The position numbers and the translations under genes are program-made. Shown piece by piece: positions 1 to 9,706 of a stretch of 60,712 nucleotides of DNA. Below the pieces are notes generated by a model. It worked only from the letters and a program-made list of their open reading frames with translations. It was not told the DNA's origin and did no database searches. Origin of the DNA: a bacterium (GTDB lineage Bacteria; Patescibacteriota; Saccharimonadia; Saccharimonadales; SZUA-47); assembly GCA_030427445.1 (NCBI GenBank), contig JAUIBQ010000004.1:1-60712 (forward strand). Direction: 5' to 3'. Every line of letters starts with the position of its first letter. Position 1 is the stretch's first letter.

Positions 1-370
<370 letters not shown>

Positions 371-545
371 TTTTGATACTCAATGTAACGAGTAACTGGT
401 TTACCAGATACTGTTGCATTGAGAAACAATGAGTAAACTTGCGTAAATTCAATATTTTGACTAGTTTCTGGTGCATATCCAGTAGATTAGTTTGTAGTCA
501 GTCTAACAATCGTGCTTGAAGCCAATTGCCCTCCAAAAGAGGGAA

Positions 546-619
546 AAGAGCAGCCGACGAACGAATTCACTTCGTTCCTCGCGCGATGAGAAAAACCGTA
601 GGTTTGTCTCATTATGGTT
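546..619 (+). repeat. Structured spacer element, copy A
   Basis: AAGAGCAGCCG...CGCGCGATGAGAAA...TGTCTCAT shared with 775-850; same two-hairpin layout. Confidence 0.75.
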
Positions 620-683
620 ATCGAGATACGGACCATCTCCCACGCAAGTCTTTTCCTAAACTTAGAAAGAGAGATGGCCGGAT

Positions 684-701
684 CTCGGTGCCCATGACAT
701 G
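684..701 (+). pseudogene. Fragment matching the 5S rRNA 5' end
   Basis: CTCGGTGCCCATGACATG is 17/18 identical to 857-874. Confidence 0.65.
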
Positions 702-774
702 CACCATATTTAACAATCTAAGCCAGCTATCAATAGTAGATGGACATCGTTAGTTAAGCCAGACGTTGCTTGGG

Positions 775-850
775 AAGAGCAGCCGGTAGACATGATTTAT
801 TCATGGCTCCCGCGCGATGAGAAACCCGCTTGTGGGTGTCTCATAAGGCT
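775..850 (+). repeat. Structured spacer element, copy B, directly upstream of 5S
   Basis: Second copy of the 546-619 motif with different but still pairing stems. Confidence 0.75.
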
Positions 851-857
851 TGCCGCC

Positions 858-966
858 TCGGTGCCCATGGCATGAGGGAAACACCTGTAACCATTCCGAA
901 CACAGAAGTTAAGCCTCATAGCGGTTACTATACTGCGTTCTTCGTGGGAAAATAGCACGGTGCCGA
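858..966 (+). rRNA. rrf: 5S rRNA
   Basis: ACACCTGTAACCATTCCGAACACAGAAGTTAAGC core; ends pair (TCGGTGC/GTGCCGA). Confidence 0.95.
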
Positions 967-971
967 TTTAT

Positions 972-1004
972 AAAAAGAGAGTCCCTTCACGGGGCTCTTT
1001 TTTT
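972..1004 (+). terminator. rRNA operon intrinsic terminator 1
   Basis: GAGTCCC-TTCAC-GGGGCTC stem followed by T run. Confidence 0.85.
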
Positions 1005-1029
1005 ATGGATTGTATTCACACTGGGTTAG

Positions 1030-1084
1030 AGCACGGCCGTGTGCCGTAGTAGCCGAAGGCTTACTACTGGTATGCCGATTTATA
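1030..1084 (+). pseudogene. Fragment resembling the 5S 3' end, split by a 36-nt hairpin
   Basis: AGCACGG (1030-1036) and TGCCGATTTATA (1073-1084) together equal 954-972. Confidence 0.55.
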
Positions 1085-1088
1085 GAAC

Positions 1089-1118
1089 AAACCACCCTTA
1101 ACGGGTGGTTTTTCTTTT
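1089..1118 (+). terminator. Intrinsic terminator 2
   Basis: AAACCACCC-TTAAC-GGGTGGTTT plus T run. Confidence 0.8.
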
Positions 1119-1233
1119 AGTAAGGCGAGGATGATTTTCTCGCCTTAGACGCAGAGAAAAATCAGAGATTTTATCTCTGGTGATCCACTCCTCGGAACCT
1201 GTATAAATTTTTGCGGAATGAATCCGCAAAAAT

Positions 1234-1767
1234 TTATGGTTTTTTCGAGGCTATCGTCGTGGATGAATCCTTAAATTCTGCAGTGATTTTTGAAAACATT
1301 CCTGAAGGGTGTTTGTCTTTTGAACTTTTATCAAATCCAAGTCTCTCAGCCGGTAAATCAACAAATAATTGTACCTTCTTAGTTTTACTGTCCCTCTTAC
1401 CAACTTGAATCATTAATTCTAGGCCCTTTTGAGTATCTGATAGTTTTGATTCAATGAAGTACCTCGAATCTAGTTCATTTCTCTCCTTAGCAAGAACTCC
1501 CACTCCTTGCGAGTCAATACGAACAATTTTGTAATCTTTTATGTCTGGATTATCAATTATCTCTTTAACGTACTTTTTATAGTCTTGAATCTTAAATTTC
1601 AAGGTAAACCACTCATCTCCAATTGGACACTCCAATTCTTCGGACAATGGGTGTTCTTCATGAAGTGGCACTTTATGCTTTTCACAATATGCTTTAACAC
1701 TCAATTTTGTAGGTTTCCAAAATATGCCTTCTGGGTCACTTTCAATTTTATATACTTTTCTGTCCAT
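1234..1767 (-). CDS. Hypothetical protein (177 aa), AT-rich
   Basis: ATG start with GGA upstream, hydrophilic protein-like composition; no family recognised. Confidence 0.7.
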   Translation of the reverse strand: MDRKVYKIESDPEGIFWKPTKLSVKAYCEKHKVPLHEEHPLSEELECPIGDEWFTLKFKIQDYKKYVKEIIDNPDIKDYKIVRIDSQGVGVLAKERNELDSRYFIESKLSDTQKGLELMIQVGKRDSKTKKVQLFVDLPAERLGFDKSSKDKHPSGMFSKITAEFKDSSTTIASKKP

Positions 1768-1974
1768 TTTCGTATATCCTATTTATTAAATTAATCAGTT
1801 CACAAAGTAAACTGGTTATGAAGGTTTGTTTTTCATATTAAGTCTCCTGTCATGCGTTATGCAGATTTCTATAGGTCTCAGTATTTCTGCAAATTTTATA
1901 ATTACATAATTATTATCTCCTTGAAATCTAGCACTCGCAAATTTAAAAATACAACATTTGTGATTTTATGCAAG

Positions 1975-2097
1975 TTAAGATTTTATACTTAGATAACTTA
2001 AACCAAAAAAGATGAGCCAAATGGTTTGGAGGTGGGCGGTGATTCGTTCCATGCCTCCAGCACCTAGCCAGAGGTAGTTTCCTGTCGCAAAGAGCAC
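1975..2097 (-). pseudogene. Orphan 3' end of a DUF998-like gene
   Basis: Encodes VLFATGNYLWLGAGGMERITAHLQTIWLI, identical to the C-terminal part of 3303..3905; 78/81 nt identity (2017-2097 vs 3339-3419). Confidence 0.85.
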
Positions 2098-2152
2098 ATG
2101 GTTATTCTGCAGTTTAGGGGTTATAATCCATGGTATAAATTCAGGAGAAGAT

Positions 2153-2812
2153 ATGGGATTTAAAGAAATTGGATGCAGAGGAAAAACGGCCGTAATTGCT
2201 GGAGTTAGCGGAGCGATGTACGGTGGAAGTGAAATCGCAGAAAGAGGTGGCGCAACTGCAGAAGTACTCGGGATTATAAATGACCTGGGTAAGATTGGTT
2301 TAGCCTGGTCTGGGGTTCTTGTCGTCAGAATGGGTATCGACAAGATGGGCGTAAAAAATAAAGAACAACGGCGTAAAGACTTGCTAGCTAGACTCCCAGA
2401 TCTTAAAGACCCTGTGTCGCCACTCAGAATTACTTCAGCAGTAGATAGGCGTTTGGAAGAAAAGCCAAACACTGCTGGCATGTTAGATGCTTTCTCTTGG
2501 ACTAGATTCGCAGATGAGTGGGGTGTAAGCGACGGCGATGATCGTGCGTATGTCTCATTAGTCGAAGATGTGGATTATATAGTCGAGCAAATGGCAGAAG
2601 CTGAAAGAAATCCAGAAGCAGGGCCTGATGATTCCAGATATCTTTTAGCACATAGGGCAGCTTTGTTATTAGACCAAGCGGCCCCAATAAGCGACAACTG
2701 TACTAAGACACCTCAAAATATTGATAAGGATAAGACTTGGTACGATTACTTACATGATCGAGCTTTGAGTTTAAACGTAGCAAGAAACGAAGCTGAATCT
2801 GCTTGGATGTAG
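2153..2812 (+). CDS. Hypothetical protein with N-terminal hydrophobic segments (219 aa)
   Basis: AGGAG SD before ATG and TATAAT upstream. Confidence 0.7.
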   Translation: MGFKEIGCRGKTAVIAGVSGAMYGGSEIAERGGATAEVLGIINDLGKIGLAWSGVLVVRMGIDKMGVKNKEQRRKDLLARLPDLKDPVSPLRITSAVDRRLEEKPNTAGMLDAFSWTRFADEWGVSDGDDRAYVSLVEDVDYIVEQMAEAERNPEAGPDDSRYLLAHRAALLLDQAAPISDNCTKTPQNIDKDKTWYDYLHDRALSLNVARNEAESAWM

Positions 2813-2844
2813 CAGTGACTGTCAAGAGTGCTATACTCTTAATC

Positions 2845-3300
2845 ATGATGAAAAGAATTATCCAAAACAAAAATGTTAGAGCAACTTTAATCGTAGGGGT
2901 AATTACCTTGATACTTGGGCTCTTACAGGCAAATATCAGTGGGCCTTTGTGGCTGCTCTCACTTGCAGGGGTTTATTTAGGAACTTTCCTTACGATTATA
3001 TTAATTTGTGTGTCTTTGGTCTCCGTAATCAAAGATATGCGTAATTCTTCACGCGCTCTAGTTTTGAAACCAGAGGTTCTGCCTGGAACGGCAGCATACT
3101 ACAAAAGAGGTCTGCGATGGAGTCTGGTGATTGCATTCCCGGGATTATTTATGTGGCTTACATCTATTTGGGAAACAAGAGGTGGAAGAGGAGGCGGTGA
3201 AGCATTTATAATCTTTATACCCTTAATGTTTCTTTCTTTCGTTATGGTAATCCCGATACTATTTTATGGGTTTATGTATCTTTATAAACGTAGTAAATAA
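2845..3300 (+). CDS. Hypothetical 4-TM membrane protein
   Basis: Four hydrophobic helices; start moved to ATG 2845, 7 nt after TGcTATACT. Confidence 0.75.
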   Translation: MMKRIIQNKNVRATLIVGVITLILGLLQANISGPLWLLSLAGVYLGTFLTIILICVSLVSVIKDMRNSSRALVLKPEVLPGTAAYYKRGLRWSLVIAFPGLFMWLTSIWETRGGRGGGEAFIIFIPLMFLSFVMVIPILFYGFMYLYKRSK

Positions 3301-3302
3301 AA

Positions 3303-3905
3303 CTAATTCTTTATGTTATTTAGGCCAAAGGTGATTAACCAAATGGTTTGGAGGTGGGCGGTGATTCGTTCCATGCCTCCAGCGCCTAGCCAGAGGTAAT
3401 TTCCTGTCGCAAAAAGCACGAAGGCGAGTAGAGAAGTGTAGCCAGCGAATAGTGAGTAAGTTTTCAGCCACTTCGGCATCTCAAGCTGGCGTGCAAATAA
3501 AATCATACTGAAGTTACCAATCATAAATGGCAGAAATGCTCCGAATCCATGCAGAAAGCCATTGCCACCAAGAGGGAATAGCCCCACGAGAATCGTCCCT
3601 AGTCCACCGATACCCATCATGATAAACGCTAGCTTCGCTTGTTTGAAATGAGAATAGAGCAGGAGACAGCCGAGTATCATCGTCGTCCCGAGCACAATTA
3701 ATGACACATTAAACCACGTGTGCCACGGCGAGCAGATGTAGCGTCCAAACAGCTCTCCACACGTCGTTACACCTAAGTCACTAATCGTGTTATCTATTCC
3801 ATAGCCACTCGGCCACTGAAGCGCTACATAAGCCTGCACAATCAAAAACTGCACACTCAGGATCCACATCCACGCCCCAGCCTTGAGCTTATTCATTTTC
3901 ATCAT
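3303..3905 (-). CDS. DUF998-like multi-pass membrane protein
   Basis: NTISDLG...C...SP.H..FN, VGLFP, LHG and GGMER motifs; about 6 TM helices. Confidence 0.8.
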   Translation of the reverse strand: MMKMNKLKAGAWMWILSVQFLIVQAYVALQWPSGYGIDNTISDLGVTTCGELFGRYICSPWHTWFNVSLIVLGTTMILGCLLLYSHFKQAKLAFIMMGIGGLGTILVGLFPLGGNGFLHGFGAFLPFMIGNFSMILFARQLEMPKWLKTYSLFAGYTSLLAFVLFATGNYLWLGAGGMERITAHLQTIWLITFGLNNIKN

Positions 3906-3986
3906 ACTTTCAGTGTACAGCCATCTGCCGAGTTAGTGTAATTTGACAGCCAAGGTACAATAAAAACATAAATGAAAGGATAAACT

Positions 3987-4181
3987 ATGGCGAAAAAGCA
4001 AAAAGTAGAAGTAGTAAATGGAGCTCCTTGGGGCTATGTGTTGTTTATGGCATATGTCGGAGCGCTCGTGTATTTCCTCGAGAGAAATGAAGGATTTTGG
4101 GGAAACATCTTAGCATTCTTACAAGCGGCAGTCTGGCCAGCGTATGCGCTATACGAGACTTTAACAGGCTTAATGGTCTAA
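3987..4181 (+). CDS. Small membrane protein (64 aa)
   Basis: AAGGA SD; two hydrophobic segments, AAVWPAY. Confidence 0.75.
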   Translation: MAKKQKVEVVNGAPWGYVLFMAYVGALVYFLERNEGFWGNILAFLQAAVWPAYALYETLTGLMV

Positions 4182-4202
4182 AAAACTAATTAAACATAAG
4201 TA

Positions 4203-4231
4203 TTGACAAAAAAGCTATAGCGTGTTATACT
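4203..4231 (+). promoter_or_regulatory. Sigma70-type promoter
   Basis: TTGACA-17 nt-TATACT with extended TG. Confidence 0.75.
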
Positions 4232-4538
4232 GCTTATAGTTTCTAAAATAGAAACATTTAGAAGAAGAGGGTAATGCATCTTGTTTTTTAACAAGGCGCA
4301 GGATGAACCCTCTTTTTCTTTTTGTATAGGTGGGAGACTTATTAATAATTTATTCGGTAGCGATGGTAGGCGACGTATCATTACCACCGATAAGTGGCGA
4401 TTTTATCGCTAGACAGTTTTGTTCATCACGAGCAACGGACGCAGAGTCGTACTCTTACGTACGACGAAGCGCCACGTAGCACAGTGAGGGGCGAAAATGA
4501 CAGTGAGAAAACGACCACGCGAAACAAGGAGTCCAGTA

Positions 4539-4736
4539 ATGGCAGGTACAATAGACGGCGGCAAAAAAGCTGCAGCAAAGAACAAAGCTAAGTACGGTTC
4601 TGATTTTTACGCAAAAATCGGTGCTAAAGGCGGACAAAAGGGCACAACTGGTGGCTTTTTCGCTAACCGTGAGCTTGCTCGTGCAGCTGGCGCAAAGGGC
4701 GGACGCATTAGCAGACGCACAAAGAAATCTGCGTAA
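4539..4736 (+). CDS. KGG-repeat general stress protein (YciG/GsiB-like)
   Basis: IGAKGG and AGAKGG repeats; AAGGAG SD before ATG 4539. Confidence 0.8.
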   Translation: MAGTIDGGKKAAAKNKAKYGSDFYAKIGAKGGQKGTTGGFFANRELARAAGAKGGRISRRTKKSA

Positions 4737-4754
4737 TAACGTACGTTTCTTCTT

Positions 4755-4788
4755 AAAAAACAGTCTCGATTACAGGGGCTGTTTTTTT
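4755..4788. terminator. Bidirectional terminator
   Basis: AAAAAACAGTCTC...GGGGCTGTTTTTTT between convergent genes. Confidence 0.7.
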
Positions 4789-5237
4789 CTATATGGTCGA
4801 CAGAAGCGCTGCTTCGTAACGCTCCATTTGTTGTCACACATGATGCATTGATAGAGTCCAGACTCGATTTGTAAGCCTCCGCTATTGCACTCTGGGCAAA
4901 TCGATCGACGATACTGCCAGTCACGATAAGTGTCGATGCAGTCTTCGATGTAATCCTGGCTTGGAGCATCGATGTTGTAGACATCACATAGCTCAAGCGT
5001 CTTCTCCCAGGCTTGCGACTCTAGCTTTATCAAATGAAAATCACTCTTAAAATCAAAATGGTTTAGTAGGCCATGTGCTGTCTCGTGCAGCAATGTCGTG
5101 AGCTTTGGCTCATCAGAATCTTCGAGAGTGTAGTAGACTGTTTTATCCTGCGGTGACCAATAAAACAAATCGGCTTCTTGGAAGGAAATGTCTGGATAGT
5201 CAGCTATCAATCTGTCCAAAAGCGCCTGGAATGTCAT
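4770..5237 (-). CDS. ImmA/IrrE-like HEXXH metallopeptidase with C-terminal zinc ribbon
   Basis: LLHETAH plus downstream ESQAW; CPEC...CIMC; start at ATG 5237 just after the ROK stop. Confidence 0.75.
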   Translation of the reverse strand: MTFQALLDRLIADYPDISFQEADLFYWSPQDKTVYYTLEDSDEPKLTTLLHETAHGLLNHFDFKSDFHLIKLESQAWEKTLELCDVYNIDAPSQDYIEDCIDTYRDWQYRRSICPECNSGGLQIESGLYQCIMCDNKWSVTKQRFCRPYRKKQPL

Positions 5238-5238
5238 A

Positions 5239-6054
5239 CTACTTTGTCTCTTTGCTGGCGAGTAAATAACAGCCATAAATCACCGCTTCCTCAGGGTTCT
5301 TCGCTTGCCTGATATCCGGCAAATCTTGAATCATGCTGGATGTAAAAATCTCTAGCTCATTAAGTAACTGCTCTTTAAACTTCGGTAAATGAGCACCCAC
5401 ACCACCACCGATGACGATACATTCAGGGCCGAGCAGGGTAATGACGTCAGTGAGGCCTAAGGCGATGTTTCTTGAAACGACATACCACTCAGATGGTTCG
5501 GACAACTCACTCGCCATTTTACCAGTGCGAGCTACGAGCGCTTTACCACTTGCAAACTCTTCCCATGCTTGGATTTTGCCATCATGTTCGAGCTTGATAG
5601 CTTTGCCACCTGCATCGTGGATGCTGTGATCAAGCTTGCCATTAACCACCATGCCAAGCCCGATGCCGGTTGACACAGTCACATACAACACTCGTTTAAA
5701 CTCGTTTTTTACCTCATCTGCTTCAGCGACAGCTGCGGCTTTTGCGTCATTTTCAATAATGATTGGACAGGAGATAAACTTCTCTAGGTCCTGCTTTATT
5801 GGCACATTTTTCCATGGTAGGTTACCGAATGATTCGACTACTCCGGCTTTACGGTTAATCGTGCCTGGTAGTGCGATCGCGCATGCGGTCGGCTGCTTAT
5901 TTTTAATGAGCTCGTGAGTGGCTTTTGCAAGCTCTGCGATGAACTCTTCATAAATGTGTGGTGTTTTTATTTTGATGGAGGCAGTTTTGCGACCGCTTGG
6001 CGTAAAAGTTGCCAAGAGTACTTTTGTACCCCCAACGTCGATTGACAATATCAT
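5239..6054 (-). CDS. ROK family sugar kinase
   Basis: IDVGGTK, IENDAKAAA, STGIG, IVIGGG; ATG 6054 lies 7 nt after TGcTATAGT. Confidence 0.92.
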   Translation of the reverse strand: MILSIDVGGTKVLLATFTPSGRKTASIKIKTPHIYEEFIAELAKATHELIKNKQPTACAIALPGTINRKAGVVESFGNLPWKNVPIKQDLEKFISCPIIIENDAKAAAVAEADEVKNEFKRVLYVTVSTGIGLGMVVNGKLDHSIHDAGGKAIKLEHDGKIQAWEEFASGKALVARTGKMASELSEPSEWYVVSRNIALGLTDVITLLGPECIVIGGGVGAHLPKFKEQLLNELEIFTSSMIQDLPDIRQAKNPEEAVIYGCYLLASKETK

Positions 6055-6238
6055 GCTACTCACTATAGCAGAAATGATGCTTTTTACGCTCCCTAAACTT
6101 ACCCTTTACCACATCTGTTAGTACTGTTATAATAAACACTAAGTTTAGTGGATAAAACAATCTACGGATTGCCACAAATGATAGAAGGAGTCTTCTATCA
6201 GTAAGTCCCGATTGTCGGCTTGGTAGAAGGAAAGTAGT

Positions 6239-7294
6239 ATGTCTAAAGATATGACTATGGACGATTTGCTCGCGTCTGCAGAAATCCAGGAGCTAAAAGC
6301 AGGTGATATTGTCGAAGGAACAGTATTATCAGTAAAGAAACACGAAACATGGGTAGACCTCGGCGCTAATGGTGTCGGTGTTATCATGCGACGTGAAATC
6401 AACCGAGGCACAGACCTAGAAAAAGGCCAGACGGTGACACTTAGTGTTATCGAGCCTGAACTAGACGAAGGCCATGCATTGCTTAGCATGAAGCGAGCAG
6501 TGAAAGACAAAGGTTGGGAAGAGCTAGAACAGCTATTTGAACAAGGTGAAACAGTTGAGATTTCTCCATACGATGCGAATCGTGGTGGACTTCTCGTAGA
6601 ACTTCATGGTATCCGTGGATTCATGCCAGTGTCTCAGCTTTCTGCAGCGAATTACCCACGTGTAACTGGCGCAGATAAAGACGAGATCATGCAAAAACTT
6701 AATGCACTTGTCGGTAAGAAAATGACCGTCCGAATCTTGGACGTTAACCGCAAAGACAACAAGCTTATTTTCTCAGAAAAAGAAGCTGTGAAAGACGTTG
6801 TTGCCGAGCGAGTTGAAGGTCTTAAAGAAGGTGAAGTAGTAGAGGGCGTCGTCACTGGCGTTATCGACTTCGGAGCATTCGTCAACGTTGATGGTATCGA
6901 GGGTCTCATCCACATCTCAGAGATTTCTTGGGAGCGAGTTGAAGATCCACGTAAGTACATCAAAACTGGTGACAAGATCAAAGCGAAGATCATCTCAATC
7001 GATAAAGATCGCTTGAGTCTAAGTCTAAAGCAGATGCAAGAAGATCCATGGCTAAGTGAAGTCAAGAAGTTTGAGAAGGGCTCAAAAGTTGAAGGACGAA
7101 TCACGCGAATCACACCATTTGGTGCATTCGTACAGTTGTCTCCAGCGGTTGAAGCACTCGTTCACGTGAGTGAAATGAGCGACCAAGACGACACAGATCC
7201 AGAGAAAGTATTCATCGTGAATGAAACGAAAGAATTCACCGTTCTCGAGATCAACGAAGAAGAGCGCAAAATCGCTCTCAGTCTAAAATCATAA
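6239..7294 (+). CDS. rpsA: 30S ribosomal protein S1 (four S1 domains)
   Basis: Repeated S1 domains (DFGAFV...GLIHISEISW, PFGAFV...LVHVSE). Confidence 0.92.
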   Translation: MSKDMTMDDLLASAEIQELKAGDIVEGTVLSVKKHETWVDLGANGVGVIMRREINRGTDLEKGQTVTLSVIEPELDEGHALLSMKRAVKDKGWEELEQLFEQGETVEISPYDANRGGLLVELHGIRGFMPVSQLSAANYPRVTGADKDEIMQKLNALVGKKMTVRILDVNRKDNKLIFSEKEAVKDVVAERVEGLKEGEVVEGVVTGVIDFGAFVNVDGIEGLIHISEISWERVEDPRKYIKTGDKIKAKIISIDKDRLSLSLKQMQEDPWLSEVKKFEKGSKVEGRITRITPFGAFVQLSPAVEALVHVSEMSDQDDTDPEKVFIVNETKEFTVLEINEEERKIALSLKS

Positions 7295-7332
7295 GTTAGA
7301 CACAAGAAAAACTAAGGAAAGGAGAGGCAAGT

Positions 7333-9096
7333 ATGGCAACTACGATCGAAATCGAGAGTAATATAACTGTCGGGGATTTAGCTGAGCGCCTCTCCGTGCC
7401 AACTGCACAGCTCATTGGTGAGCTATTTAAAAACGGGATGATGGTGACGGTCAACGAGAAAGTTGACCTCGACACCGCACAGATTATCGTCGACGAACTT
7501 GGACTTGAAATCGAACTCAAGCAAAAAGAAGACGCATCCGAACAACCTGTTAAACGTGAGAAATCATCAAAAGATCCGAACGCTAAGGTGCGCCCTCCAG
7601 TTATCGCTGTGATGGGTCACGTGGATCACGGAAAGACAAGTTTGCTTGACTCAATCCGTGATGAAAAAGTCGCGGACGGTGAATCCGGTGGTATCACGCA
7701 GCACATCTCTGCGTATCAAATCCAGCATGGCGACCGAGCGATTACGTTCCTCGATACGCCAGGTCACGAGGCATTTGCAGCGATTCGTGAACATGGCGCT
7801 CACTTAACTGACCTCGCAGTTATCGTTATCGCTGCTGACGACGGCATCAAACCGCAGACGCTTGAAGCGATTCGTTTCGCGAAAAAAGCTGGCGTGAAGA
7901 TGATTATTGCTGCGAACAAAATCGATAAGCCAGAAGCAAACATCGACCGACTTAAGCAACAGCTTGCTGAGCAAAATATGCTTCCAGAAGACTGGGGTGG
8001 AGACACGGTTATCTTACCGGTTTCTGCTAAAACGAAAGCAGGTATCCCTGAGCTTCTTGAAATGATCCTACTCATGGCAGATGTTGAAGAGCTAAAAGCT
8101 GTCAACGAAGGTGCCGCAACAGGACTCGTTATCGAGTCGCATATGGAGCAAGGTCGTGGGTCTATCGCGGTCGCCCTTGTCGAGCATGGAACGCTGAACA
8201 AAGGTGACTTTGTCGTAGCGGGAAGCACATATGGCAAAGTTCGCACACTCGAAGACACGAGTGGAAATAGCGTCGACAGTGCTGGTCCATCGTCTCCTGT
8301 GGTTATTACAGGTTTTAAAGCATTGCCTGACTTTGGTGACACATTTGAAGTATGTGCATCAGAAAAAGAAGCTCGCACGAAAGCATCAACAGGCGCAAGC
8401 CGTAAGAAGAACTCATCTAAGTCGACTAATGTGTCTGACTCAGAGTTGCTTCGAATTATTTCTCAAAAAGGCAAGCTGCAAGAACTTAATGTTATCGTCA
8501 AAGCTGACGTACAAGGTTCATTGACAAGTGTTCTGGATTCACTCAAGACACTTGGAACGGATGAAGTAGCTGTACGTGTCGTTGGTTCTGGTGTCGGTGC
8601 GATTAACGATAACGATATCCACTTGGCAAACACATCTAACGCGATTATCTATGGATTTCATGTGTCAGCACAGCCAGGTATCCGACAAATGGCTTCTCGC
8701 GACAAAGTCGCAATTCGTGAATACAAAGTTATCTATGAACTTTTAGATGACGCAAAACAAGAACTCTCAGACCTACTTGCACCAGAAGTTATAGAGACAG
8801 AACTGGGACGTTTGAAAGTTAAGAAAGTATTTAAGACGACACAGAAAGAAGTTATCGTCGGCGGTGAAGTAACTGTTGGTGAACTTACGGCTCCAGCTTC
8901 AGTGAAAGTCGTTCGTGATAAAGAGACAATCGTAGAAGTGAAGGCATCTCGACTGCAGCGTGGACCGCAAGAAGTGAAAGTTGTACAGACAGGCGAGGAG
9001 TGTGGAGTCACGCTTGAAACTGACAATAAACTAAACCTACTCGAGGGTGATCATCTAGAATTCATCAAACGCGATGTGGTAGAACGCACGCTCTAA
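7333..9096 (+). CDS. infB: Translation initiation factor IF-2 (short form)
   Basis: RPPVIAVMGHVDHGKT, GGITQH, DTPGHEAF, NKID, KADVQGS. Confidence 0.97.
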   Translation: MATTIEIESNITVGDLAERLSVPTAQLIGELFKNGMMVTVNEKVDLDTAQIIVDELGLEIELKQKEDASEQPVKREKSSKDPNAKVRPPVIAVMGHVDHGKTSLLDSIRDEKVADGESGGITQHISAYQIQHGDRAITFLDTPGHEAFAAIREHGAHLTDLAVIVIAADDGIKPQTLEAIRFAKKAGVKMIIAANKIDKPEANIDRLKQQLAEQNMLPEDWGGDTVILPVSAKTKAGIPELLEMILLMADVEELKAVNEGAATGLVIESHMEQGRGSIAVALVEHGTLNKGDFVVAGSTYGKVRTLEDTSGNSVDSAGPSSPVVITGFKALPDFGDTFEVCASEKEARTKASTGASRKKNSSKSTNVSDSELLRIISQKGKLQELNVIVKADVQGSLTSVLDSLKTLGTDEVAVRVVGSGVGAINDNDIHLANTSNAIIYGFHVSAQPGIRQMASRDKVAIREYKVIYELLDDAKQELSDLLAPEVIETELGRLKVKKVFKTTQKEVIVGGEVTVGELTAPASVKVVRDKETIVEVKASRLQRGPQEVKVVQTGEECGVTLETDNKLNLLEGDHLEFIKRDVVERTL

Positions 9097-9137
9097 AGTA
9101 TTGCTTTATTAAATGAAAAGTGTTATAATTAAATTAT

Positions 9138-9674
9138 ATGAACACTCATCAGTTGCTTTTACCATATGAGACGTACAGACCTAGTGTCGCTGACGCACCT
9201 GACTTCTTGATTGACGAACTTACTTTTAGAGCTCCGGCCCAAAGCTTAGGAGCAGGTTCAAAAGTAGTATCTAGAGCATGGAATTCGCTAAATGAAGGTA
9301 GTGAGTCTTTTTTTGATGCAATACAAACGTTAACTGAGAGTAATATCAATCTGGAGTTATTAGATGGGGCGCCTTATTTAGGCTACGAATTTACTTCTGA
9401 TTTTTATCAGTTACCTAAAGATGAGCAAATTAAACTCAAAGAGACTATGGAAACTGTTAAAGGCAAAAGGTGTATCGGTAGAATGAAACCTGAGCTATGG
9501 GCAGGGAGAGGGTTATTGTCACATAATGTGTTGATGTACTGTGTGGAAATGAGTGAGGGCATGCTTGGAGCTGAGTTAGGAATTCGAGGATCAGGGTCGG
9601 TGAGGTATGCGCGTGCTGTGTCAAGATTTGTTGATGAGTTAAGACAGTATGAGTCAGAAAGTAGATCTCACTAA
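9138..9674 (+). CDS. Hypothetical protein (178 aa)
   Basis: Fills the gap; TTGCTT-17-TATAAT promoter 8 nt before ATG. Confidence 0.65.
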   Translation: MNTHQLLLPYETYRPSVADAPDFLIDELTFRAPAQSLGAGSKVVSRAWNSLNEGSESFFDAIQTLTESNINLELLDGAPYLGYEFTSDFYQLPKDEQIKLKETMETVKGKRCIGRMKPELWAGRGLLSHNVLMYCVEMSEGMLGAELGIRGSGSVRYARAVSRFVDELRQYESESRSH

Positions 9675-9706
9675 ACCGCAAGAGTTAAGATGATACAATA
9701 TAAATT

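Noticed and set aside
1975..2481. 168-aa minus-strand ORF as a real gene
   Set aside because: It is the antisense shadow of 2153..2812 fused by chance to the DUF998 remnant
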